From: an uncultured delta proteobacterium
Lineage (GTDB): Bacteria > Myxococcota_A > Polyangia > Fen-1088
Reading direction: 5' to 3'
NCBI GenBank assembly: GCA_963849735.1
Contig: CAWKJE010000016.1
Location: forward strand, 54,086 to 118,085
DNA: 64,000 nt
In this document: in pieces, positions 56,719-64,000 of the stretch
Position numbering within the stretch: the first letter of the stretch is position 1
Layout of the letters: the number at the start of each line of letters is the position of its first letter
Program-made: the position numbers and the translations under genes
Notes under the pieces: model-generated
The model's input: the letters and a program-made list of their open reading frames with translations, nothing else
Told to the model about the DNA's origin: nothing
Database searches by the model: none

Positions 56719-57735
56719 CTAGCACTCGCCGGTCAGGGGTAAAGGGCCAACCAAGGTCAGCCCCTTTCTCACCAGTGTCAATGGAGCGGCGGAGAGCAGC
56801 TCGTCGTGGAGCTTGTGCATAGCCTCGGCCGCCCACGCGGTTTCGGCCCGCGCCGCCGAGGCTGCGGCCGGATTACCTCGCTTGCTATCGGCAACTGCCT
56901 GCCGGGCCAACCACTCCGCCAGCACGTGGTGATCGTGGAGCGCCCCGATGCGGTCTTGCAGACTCTTCCAGGGCTTGGTCGCTCCCGGTTCGAGCAGGGC
57001 AATCTCGCCCAGGATTTCCACCCCATAGCGCAACCGGCGGGCCCGCCGCCGCAGCGCATGCAGCGCCGTGATGTCGAGGATCGCGCCCAGTTGCTCGAAT
57101 CCTTCCAAGACGAGCTTGCCTTCGCGATCGAGAAGGCCGCCGCAGCGCATGAGCACGACCGGAGGCGAGGGCACGGCGCAGGCGATAAGGGCGGACAGGT
57201 CACGCCGCAAGCGCGAGATCTCCAGGTCGAGGAGGGTCCCCACCATGCGGGCGCGCCCGCGCCGCCGGCTGTCGCCTAGGCGGTGGCGCAGCCGCCTTTG
57301 CTCCGGCGTACGCTCAGCCAGCGCATCGAGGTGCGCGCTGTAGGTCGCGAGCAGCACGTCTAGATCGCGAGCCAGCCCTGCACTACGAGCCAGGTCGCGC
57401 AGCAGAGCTTGGGCGCGCCGGGCACGCTTGCCCTCGGGCTTGTCAGCCAGGAGGCCGATGGCAACCCGCAGGCGCCGCCCAGCCACGCGCAGCTGGTGAA
57501 TAGCCTCCTCATCGCCAGCAAGCGCGGCTGGAAAATGGCGGAAGAGCATGTCCGCGCGTTGGCGGAGCAGGTGTGCTCCCAGGCGGCCCGCGGAGCGCGC
57601 GGCCCTGCTGACTCTCGCTGGCCTGGTCGGTTCAGCCAAGCCGGCGGGCGGGGCCAGGGTGACCGGCGTCTCGATGACGCGGGGATGGGGGTCGACGACG
57701 TGGGGCTGGGCGGCGATGACGTGGGGAGTGGTCAC
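56719..57735 (-). CDS. CHAD-domain protein
   Basis: The conserved CHAD helix is IHQLRVAGRRLRVAIGLLAD, with His/Arg-rich helices throughout. The exact start is uncertain (possibly downstream of 57735). Confidence 0.6.
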   Translation of the reverse strand: MTTPHVIAAQPHVVDPHPRVIETPVTLAPPAGLAEPTRPARVSRAARSAGRLGAHLLRQRADMLFRHFPAALAGDEEAIHQLRVAGRRLRVAIGLLADKPEGKRARRAQALLRDLARSAGLARDLDVLLATYSAHLDALAERTPEQRRLRHRLGDSRRRGRARMVGTLLDLEISRLRRDLSALIACAVPSPPVVLMRCGGLLDREGKLVLEGFEQLGAILDITALHALRRRARRLRYGVEILGEIALLEPGATKPWKSLQDRIGALHDHHVLAEWLARQAVADSKRGNPAAASAARAETAWAAEAMHKLHDELLSAAPLTLVRKGLTLVGPLPLTGEC

Positions 57736-58029
57736 GATGGCAAAGGACGTCCGAAGGGGGGCAAGCTAGCGCTGATGGCGCGCAGGTCAGGCTAGCACTG
57801 ATAGGGGAGGCTGGCGGGTGATACTGCAAACCACAGCGATCGGGTGCTAGGCGCGTGCCAGGGGCACCTGCTGGACACCTCCCCGGGAGCTCAGCCGCGC
57901 TGCCCCGGCTGTCAGGGAATTTCGCCACTCCGGCAGGGTTCCTGACTGGAGTAAGGCTAGCGCGAGGTTGGTGAAGTCGTAGAATTAAAGCGTCGACTCG
58001 ACCGTCTGAGCGGTAATACAGTTCCAAGC

Positions 58030-58677
58030 ATGAGGTGCATCATGAAGACGATGTTGCTGGCTGTCATTTGCGTTGCGATGGGCCACGCCAACATCGCCCT
58101 GGCCCAAGTCGAGGCGGCTCCTGACCAGATGGCCGGGCCGGATGGTCAGCCGCCCCAGGCAGTACAGCCCCCCACCCCTGCCCCCACTCAGCCTCCCCCC
58201 GCCCCACCTGCGCAGCCACCTCCTCCCCCGCAAGACGTGGCGAGCCAGCAGGCGCAAGCGCCGGGCATGCCCGCTCAGGGCCCGGCATCCGGACAATGGG
58301 TCTACACCGGCCAATACGGCTGGGTTTTCATGCCCTACGGCGACCAGTACGTGTACGAGGGCTCGTCATATGACGAGTACCCGTACTCCTACGTTTACTA
58401 TCCCAGCTACGGTTGGGCTTGGTTGGCGGCGCCCTGGGTCTGGGGCTGGGGACCATACCCGTTCTTTGGCGTGTGGGGTCCCGGACGCTTCGGCTGGTAT
58501 CACGGGCTCTACCACGCCGGTTACGGCTGGGGCGGCTATCGTGGTGGCGCGCCGGGATATGGGGGAATGCGGGGTGGGGTTGCGGCTCACGGCGCCATTC
58601 GTGGCAACAGCTTCCATGCCGCTCCCTCGAGCGGCAGCCGCGGAGGCCACATCGGCGGCCACGTAGGCCGCCACTAA
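58030..58677 (+). CDS. Hypothetical secreted protein (Pro/Gln-rich segment followed by a W/Y/G-rich domain)
   Basis: Signal peptide MKTMLLAVICVAMGHANIALA. The PPQAVQPPTPAPTQPPPAPPAQPPPPP tract is followed by YGWVFMPYGDQYVYEG...WVWGWGPYPFFGVWGPGRFGWYHGLYHAGYGWGGY. Confidence 0.45.
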   Translation: MRCIMKTMLLAVICVAMGHANIALAQVEAAPDQMAGPDGQPPQAVQPPTPAPTQPPPAPPAQPPPPPQDVASQQAQAPGMPAQGPASGQWVYTGQYGWVFMPYGDQYVYEGSSYDEYPYSYVYYPSYGWAWLAAPWVWGWGPYPFFGVWGPGRFGWYHGLYHAGYGWGGYRGGAPGYGGMRGGVAAHGAIRGNSFHAAPSSGSRGGHIGGHVGRH

Positions 58678-58689
58678 GGTCGGCGCCCC

Positions 58690-60300
58690 TTAGTTCTTGA
58701 CCGATTGCGCGACCACGACCGAGTAGTTGGCAAAGCTCTCGATGCGGGCCGCGCGCGATTGAAATCGGTCCACGTCGCGGTTGTCGAGGATCCACGCTTG
58801 GGTATCGGAAGGGCAGCGGTCGATCCCGAAGGTGTAGCGCCCGAAGGAGCGCACGCCCTGAAACTCGCCGCCGCCAGCCTCGTACACCACGGTGCGGGCG
58901 AATTCGCGTGGGTCTGTCCGATCATAGAACAGGACGAAGGCGTAAGAGAAGCAAGGGTTGTTGGTCGCGCAGATGTTGCCCGAGACGGCGTGGCTGGCAG
59001 CGCGGATAGCGGGTCCGTAGCCGGGATAGAACGCCCCCGCGGTCCGATCGCGGTAGTCCCCGAAGTAATCGTAGCTGAAGGCAGCGAAGAGCGCGACATG
59101 CACAACCACCAGCAGGCCGGCCACGAGGCGAGTCTTCGCCACCGCGCGCAGCCCGACCGCGGCGAAGAATACCAAAGGTGGCCAGAGGAGATTGATGCGG
59201 TTGATGTTCACCTCCTGCACCATGGCCAGAAGGATGGCGCTGGCCAGCCAGAGCAAGAAGAGCACGCGCGGCTCGAAAGTGCGCCATCTCCGCGGACGCG
59301 AGATAACCGCAAGGAGCCCGACCAAGGCGAACGCCATGCCGAAGGGATAAAGGATCCCGTGATTGGCAAAGGCGTTCCAGATGAGGCCGTCGTCTTGCTT
59401 CGCCACCACGCTCCACAAGGTGTTGAGGTTGTCCCAACAGCGCGCGAGCACGTGGCGGCCGAAGAGTGACGAGACGGTCTTGTAGCGGGCCACGGTGGGC
59501 ATGACCGGGATGCCGATCCCGGCCAGGCGAAAGCTCTGCACGCTATGGCCATGGTCGCCGTTGGCCCAGATGACAGCCGCGATGGGCGTCGCCACGGCAG
59601 CGAAGGCGGCGACCGCGAGACCCAGCGCGGCGAGGCGAACGCGACGCGTCCACAGGAGATAGCAGGCAGCCATCAACAAGAACGCGGGCACGGCAAAATA
59701 GGCGGTGCCATAGGCGTAAAGGCACAGCCCGAAGACCGCGCCAGCGACGATCAGAAAGCGCGGCCGCCGAGTACCTTCGAGGAGCAGCCAGAACGCGAGC
59801 AGAAACATGCTCGGCAGCAGATTGCACTCGAGGGCCCAGCGGCTCATCATCACGTGCCACGGGCAGAGGGCCAGCAGCAGGACCGCCCAGAGCGCGGTCT
59901 TGCGGTCGCAGCTCTTGCGCACCAAGGCGTGGAACACCACGAGCGACGCCAGGCCGCCCAGCAGATTGACCGCGCGCACTGACGCTTCGCTGAGCCCGAA
60001 CCAGGCGATGAAGGGCATGGCCAGATAGGCGGAGAGCGCGTTCATGCCCGAGCCCCAACCAATGAGGAAGGCGGGATAGGCAATGCCATGGCGATCGACG
60101 CCGAACTTCAGGATCGAGTAGGCGTCATAGCCCAGCGATGCCTCGTCGTTGTTGAAGCCGTTGGGCACGCTCTGGCGGGCCACCACGCGCACCGCACAGC
60201 CAACTGCCAGGATGGCCAGCAGCAATAGGCGTTCCTGACCGAGCCAGGTGGGGAAGGCCCGGCGCAGAGCCGTGCCAAAGTCAGCGAGCCGTCGGCGCAT
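58690..60300 (-). CDS. GT39/GT83-type (ArnT/PMT-like) membrane glycosyltransferase
   Basis: Multi-TM protein with the N-terminal loop motif NDEASLGYDAYSILKFGVDRHG characteristic of the PMT_2/ArnT family. Confidence 0.7.
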   Translation of the reverse strand: MRRRLADFGTALRRAFPTWLGQERLLLLAILAVGCAVRVVARQSVPNGFNNDEASLGYDAYSILKFGVDRHGIAYPAFLIGWGSGMNALSAYLAMPFIAWFGLSEASVRAVNLLGGLASLVVFHALVRKSCDRKTALWAVLLLALCPWHVMMSRWALECNLLPSMFLLAFWLLLEGTRRPRFLIVAGAVFGLCLYAYGTAYFAVPAFLLMAACYLLWTRRVRLAALGLAVAAFAAVATPIAAVIWANGDHGHSVQSFRLAGIGIPVMPTVARYKTVSSLFGRHVLARCWDNLNTLWSVVAKQDDGLIWNAFANHGILYPFGMAFALVGLLAVISRPRRWRTFEPRVLFLLWLASAILLAMVQEVNINRINLLWPPLVFFAAVGLRAVAKTRLVAGLLVVVHVALFAAFSYDYFGDYRDRTAGAFYPGYGPAIRAASHAVSGNICATNNPCFSYAFVLFYDRTDPREFARTVVYEAGGGEFQGVRSFGRYTFGIDRCPSDTQAWILDNRDVDRFQSRAARIESFANYSVVVAQSVKN

Positions 60301-60446
60301 GCGCTCCCTACCATACAGGGAATGGGCAGCCAGATCCCAGCACTGCTAGAGCACCGGATGGTCGGGCACCCATCGGGGAGGTCCGGGATCGGCAGCGCGG
60401 GTTGCCCTGGCCCAGACCGCCCCATCGATGCTATGAGGGCTATGCC

Positions 60447-61616
60447 ATGGACGAGCTCAAGCTCCGCTACGGTTGTAATCCCCATCAGGCGCCGGCTCGG
60501 GTTTATGCGCGGGAGCGCGCCCTGCCCTTGCGCGTGCTCGGGGGTACACCGGGCTACATCAACTTGCTCGACGCCCTCAATGCCTGGCAGCTCGTGCGCG
60601 AGCTGCGCTCCACCCTCGAGTTGCCCGCGGCCGCCTCGTTCAAGCATGTCAGCCCGGCCGGGGCCGCGGTCGCCGTGCCCATGAGCCGAGAGCTCTTGGC
60701 CGCATCCTTCGTCGCCGATCTGGAGCTTTCGCCCCTCGCCACTGCCTACGCCCGCGCCCGCGGTGCCGACCGGCTGTGCTCGTTCGGCGACTTCGCCGCC
60801 CTTTCCGAGGTGGTGGACGTGGCCACGGCCAACGTGCTCAAGCGCGAGGTCTCCGATGGACTGATCGCTCCCGGCTATGAGCCTGCCGCCCTCGAAATTC
60901 TGCGTAGCAAGCGCAACGGCACCTATTGCGTGCTGGAAATGGATCCCGCCTGGCAGCCTCCGGAAACCGAGAGCCGCGAGGTCTTCGGCATCGTGTTCGA
61001 GCAGCGGCGCAACTGGGTGGTGCCCGGCCCCGCCCACCTGGCCGATATCGTGACCAAGAAACGCGAGCTTCCCGCTACCGCTGTACGTGACCTGTTGCTC
61101 GCCCTCATCACCCTGAAGTACACCCAGTCAAACTCGGTCTGTTACGCCTACGACGGCCAAGCCATAGGCATCGGCGCCGGACAGCAGTCGCGCATCCACT
61201 GCACGCGCTTGGCGGGAGCCAAGGCGGATCGTTGGTTCTTGCGTCAGCACCCGGCCAGCCTTGCTCTCCCCTTCCGCCCCAGTCTCGGTCGACCGGAGCA
61301 GAACAACGCCATCGACCTTTTCCTGGAGGACGCGCTCTCGCCGGCCGAGGAGGCGGCCTGGCTCACCACCTTCACCACCCCTCCCCGGCGCCTGACCAGC
61401 ACGGAAAAGCGGGCCTGGCTGGACCGCCAGCATGGGGTCAGCCTGGCCTCGGACGCTTTCTTCCCCTTCCGCGACAACGTCGACCGCGCCTCGCAAAGCG
61501 GGGTCTCGTACCTCGCGCAGCCGGGCGGCTCGGTGCGCGATGATGTGGTCATTCAAGCCGCCGACGAATACGGCATGGTGATGGCGATGACCAAGCTAAG
61601 GCTCTTTCATCACTGA
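60447..61616 (+). CDS. AICAR transformylase-domain protein (PurH C-terminal domain only; no IMP cyclohydrolase/MGS domain)
   Basis: It starts MDELKLRYGCNPHQ (compare PurH LRYGENPHQ). It ends ...GGSVRDDVVIQAADEYGMVMAMTKLRLFHH, matching the PurH C-terminus (...TGxRHFRH). Confidence 0.7.
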   Translation: MDELKLRYGCNPHQAPARVYARERALPLRVLGGTPGYINLLDALNAWQLVRELRSTLELPAAASFKHVSPAGAAVAVPMSRELLAASFVADLELSPLATAYARARGADRLCSFGDFAALSEVVDVATANVLKREVSDGLIAPGYEPAALEILRSKRNGTYCVLEMDPAWQPPETESREVFGIVFEQRRNWVVPGPAHLADIVTKKRELPATAVRDLLLALITLKYTQSNSVCYAYDGQAIGIGAGQQSRIHCTRLAGAKADRWFLRQHPASLALPFRPSLGRPEQNNAIDLFLEDALSPAEEAAWLTTFTTPPRRLTSTEKRAWLDRQHGVSLASDAFFPFRDNVDRASQSGVSYLAQPGGSVRDDVVIQAADEYGMVMAMTKLRLFHH

Positions 61617-61638
61617 GGGCGCGCTCGGGGCGGGCGCT

Positions 61639-61666
61639 CGGGGCGATCGGTGCTGGCTACGCCCCG
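61639..61666. terminator. Hairpin between the convergent purH-like and cysH genes
   Basis: CGGGGCG-N14-CGCCCCG. It overlaps the cysH stop codon. Confidence 0.3.
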
Positions 61667-62427
61667 TTGCTGTCGCTGAAGTTGATCCCGCAGTAGTGCG
61701 GCGCCTCTGAGCCCGCGCCCGCATCTGAGCCTTGCACGCGCAGGTGACGCCAGCGGCCGGCCCGCTCGTCTTCGCCAGGCTCTATCGGGGTGGTGCAGGG
61801 ATAGCAGCCAATGCTGGCGTAGCCCTGGGCATATAGGGGATGATCGGGAAGGCCGTGCCCGGTTAGGTACGCCTCGACCTCGCTCTTGCTCCAGTCGTAG
61901 ATGGGCGAGAGTTGGTACCCCTTGGTGCGCGGATCGGCAGCGAGGGGACGCAGATTGGCCCGCCGGCCGCCCTCTTCCCGCCGCAGGCCATTCACGAGCA
62001 CCGGGGTGGTCTTGCCAGCCAGGTAGCGCAGCAGGGGCTCCTCCTTGCGCAGGCGGCAACATTCCGGCTGCCCGTCGACGTGGGCAAAGAGCTTCTTGCC
62101 GAAGCGTGTCTCCTGCTCCTCCAGGGTCAGCTCTGGGTAGAGAGTGACCAGGTTCAGCTGCCACTGCCGCATCACCAGGTCGCGTAAGCGCAATGTAGCG
62201 GCAAAGTGATAGCCCGTATCGACAAATACGATCTCGCTCGCCAGCCCCAGCTCGTGGAACATGTGCATGAGCACGAGCGAGGTACGCTGCATACTCGAGA
62301 GCAGCACCACGCTGCTACCGAAATGATCGACAGCCCAACGCACTCGCCCGCTCGCCGACAGCTGCTCCAGCTCCGCCTGGGCAAGCTCGACGCTGGTGCG
62401 GTCGCCAGCCGAGATCGGTAAGGCCAT
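61657..62427 (-). CDS. cysH: Phosphoadenylyl-sulfate / adenylyl-sulfate reductase (thioredoxin-dependent)
   Basis: PAPS_reduct fold with ECCRLRKEEPL and the C-terminal SIGCYPCT motif of the Fe-S-containing CysH type. Confidence 0.8.
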   Translation of the reverse strand: MALPISAGDRTSVELAQAELEQLSASGRVRWAVDHFGSSVVLLSSMQRTSLVLMHMFHELGLASEIVFVDTGYHFAATLRLRDLVMRQWQLNLVTLYPELTLEEQETRFGKKLFAHVDGQPECCRLRKEEPLLRYLAGKTTPVLVNGLRREEGGRRANLRPLAADPRTKGYQLSPIYDWSKSEVEAYLTGHGLPDHPLYAQGYASIGCYPCTTPIEPGEDERAGRWRHLRVQGSDAGAGSEAPHYCGINFSDSNGA

Positions 62428-62472
62428 GACGATATTGTCTCTAGCAGACCGAGCCGTAGGTGCAAGCCACCC

Positions 62473-63720
62473 CTAACCCGGCAGCTTGGTCTTGATGCGC
62501 TCGACCGCCTCCTCGATATTCTCTCGGAAGCCAAAGGCCGATAGACGAAGATAACCCTCGCCGCAGGCACCAAATCCGGCGCCAGGGGTGCCGACCACGT
62601 GCGCTTCCGCGAGCAAGCGATCGAAGAACTGCCATGAGCCCACGCCGGCGGGCAGCTTGAGCCAGATGTAGGGTGCGTTCACGCCGCCGTACACGCGATA
62701 ACCCGCTCCGGCGAGCCCGGCGCGGATGATGCGCGCGTTTTCCATGTAGTAGTCGAGGTTGGCGCGCACGGCTCGACTGCCCGCGGGGGAGAAGACGGCG
62801 GCGGCCGCTCTCTGCACGGGGTAGCTGACCCCATTGAACTTGGTGGTATGACGGCGGTGCCACAGCCCATGCAGCGCCACCTCGGCACCGCTGGCGTCGC
62901 GGGCACACAGATCTTTGGGGATCACGGTGTAGGCGCAGCGAGTCCCGGTGAAGCCCGCAGTCTTGGAAAAGCTGCGAAACTCGATAGCCACCTGGCGCGC
63001 GCCCGGAATGGCAAAGATGGTGTGGAGGTAATCGGGCTCGCTGATGAAAGCCTCGTAAGCCGCGTCGAAGAGGATGATCGAGCCGTGCTCCCGTGCGTAG
63101 GCGACCCATTTTTCCAGGGCAACGCGCGACATCACGGCTCCCGTCGGGTTGTTGGGCGAGCACAGGTAGATCAAGTCTACTCGTCCGCCGGGCAGGGGCG
63201 GATCGAAGCCATTTTCGGCGGTGGTGGGTAGGTACACCAGCTTGCCGTAGCGACCGTCGGCCGCCATCGCTCCGGTGCGCCCCGCCATCACGTTGGTGTC
63301 GACGTACACTGGATAGACCGGATCGGTGACCGCCACCACGTTGTCGACGGCGAAGATCTCCTGGATGTTGGCGGTGTCGCACTTGGATCCGTCGGAGACG
63401 AAGACCTCGTCCTCCGCTACCTCCGCGCCTTGGCTGCGCAGATGGGCCACGATGGGCTCGATCAGGAAGTCGTACCCGCGCCCACGATCGTCGTAACCCC
63501 GAAAGGTTTCCCGATGCCCCATCTCTTCCGCGGCGGCCTTGAGGGCATCTACTATGGGGGGCGGCAAGGGCAGCACCACGTCGCCGATCCCCAGGCGAAT
63601 GATGCGCGCCGACGGATGCGCGGCCGCGAAAGCGCGCACCCGCTTGCCCACCTCGGGGAAGAGATATCCGGCCTGGAGCTTGGCGTAGCTCGGGTTGATA
63701 GTTGCCATGGCCGCCACCAT
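62473..63720 (-). CDS. dapL: LL-diaminopimelate aminotransferase
   Basis: N-terminal [17 protein letters not shown] plus an aminotransferase class I fold with the PLP Lys region ([15 protein letters not shown]). The start was chosen after a 24/21-bp tandem duplication at the 5' end. The track ORF runs to 63765. Confidence 0.75.
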   Translation of the reverse strand: MVAAMATINPSYAKLQAGYLFPEVGKRVRAFAAAHPSARIIRLGIGDVVLPLPPPIVDALKAAAEEMGHRETFRGYDDRGRGYDFLIEPIVAHLRSQGAEVAEDEVFVSDGSKCDTANIQEIFAVDNVVAVTDPVYPVYVDTNVMAGRTGAMAADGRYGKLVYLPTTAENGFDPPLPGGRVDLIYLCSPNNPTGAVMSRVALEKWVAYAREHGSIILFDAAYEAFISEPDYLHTIFAIPGARQVAIEFRSFSKTAGFTGTRCAYTVIPKDLCARDASGAEVALHGLWHRRHTTKFNGVSYPVQRAAAAVFSPAGSRAVRANLDYYMENARIIRAGLAGAGYRVYGGVNAPYIWLKLPAGVGSWQFFDRLLAEAHVVGTPGAGFGACGEGYLRLSAFGFRENIEEAVERIKTKLPG

Positions 63721-63782
63721 AGCGCTTTCTTTGCTAGCCATAAACGCGCTTTCTTTGCCGGCCATAAACGGTCAGACTGCTC

Positions 63783-64000
63783 ATGATGATCGCCCCCAGG
63801 CTCGCGCCCACGCCCAGGCTCACGACCACCCTCACGCTCCTCCTCGCCTTACCCGCCCTGCTCGGCTCCAGCTCGACCGCCGGCGCCGATGCCAGCTCGG
63901 CCAGGCAAGACCCTCGCCTGGTCGTGCTGAGCGCGCTCAAGAGCGAGCTTGCGCGTTCGCAGCAAAAGCTGCGCCTGCCCGGTGAAGATGCCCCGTATTT
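63783..64000 (+). CDS. Possible secreted protein, N-terminal fragment (runs off the window end)
   Basis: ATGATG at 63783, open to the window end. It encodes a signal-peptide-like MIAPRLAPTPRLTTTLTLLLALPALLGSSSTAGADA, then ...LVVLSALKSELARSQQKLRL (TolC/OMP-like start?). The frame is not listed in the track because it has no stop. Confidence 0.3.
   Translation, partial: MMIAPRLAPTPRLTTTLTLLLALPALLGSSSTAGADASSARQDPRLVVLSALKSELARSQQKLRLPGEDAPY

Noticed and set aside
60108-61037. 309-aa minus-strand ORF
   Set aside because: It is antisense to the PurH-like gene.

Overview
This is a 64-kb window of high-GC DNA (by eye about 68-72%) that most likely comes from a myxobacterium. I infer a Sorangium/Polyangiaceae-like source because two secreted enzymes end in a MYXO-CTERM-type tail (GCSC, hydrophobic helix, Arg-rich end), there are myxobacterial Cys-rich repeats, and almost every secreted enzyme is a lipoprotein with a G/S-rich linker.

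What the window contains, in order:
1. 0.6-17.7 kb: a hemicellulose/arabinan degradation locus. It holds a GH43 hydrolase, an AraC-family regulator, a GH27 hydrolase, a CE1/PHB-depolymerase-type esterase, a GH8-like lipoprotein (frameshifted), a Cys-rich lipoprotein, a GH54-like arabinofuranosidase and a GH44 hydrolase.
2. 17.8-26.0 kb: a sulfate assimilation / cysteine block. It holds sbp-cysT-cysW-cysA (cysA reads as frameshifted), cysE, a Cys/Met PLP enzyme, and an OprO/P-type anion porin followed by tandem 80-bp hairpin repeats.
3. 26.4-35.3 kb: an L-arabinose catabolic operon (araB-araA-araD) plus a putative sugar porin, aldose-1-epimerase and a Na+/solute symporter.
4. 35.3-46.0 kb: a YhaO/YhaN (SbcCD-like) nuclease pair, a lipoprotein, a large SNF2 helicase with a SWIM zinc finger, and a Phd/YefM-VapC toxin-antitoxin pair.
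5. 46.1-47.2 kb: alr.
6. 47.3-51.5 kb: a lower-GC insertion carrying two ORFan genes, one of which ends in an HExxHxxxxxH motif. It is followed at ~51.55-51.87 kb by a decayed direct duplicate of the alr 5' end.
7. 52.0-55.6 kb: a second GH54-like paralog and a putative carbohydrate-binding lipoprotein.
8. 56.2-63.8 kb: sixA plus a CHAD protein, an aromatic-rich secreted protein, a GT39/ArnT-like glycosyltransferase, an AICARFT-only PurH homologue, cysH and dapL.

The most interesting item is the 4.3-kb low-GC insertion bounded by diverged direct repeats of the alr 5' end. This is the pattern a single-crossover (Campbell-type) integration would leave, with no integrase present. Its cargo is a cytoplasmic 871-aa HExxH protein and a 403-aa partner.

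The second item is a conserved ~190-aa domain with 8 cysteines, fused N-terminally to both GH54-like catalytic domains in place of the usual C-terminal CBM42.

A caveat on sequence quality. There are probable 1-nt frameshifts at six positions in four genes: the GH8-like lipoprotein (x2, one inside an 11-C homopolymer), cysA (x2), and a small lipoprotein. These may be assembly indels rather than real pseudogenes.

The six-frame track has many long antisense ORFs, which I rejected (listed below).
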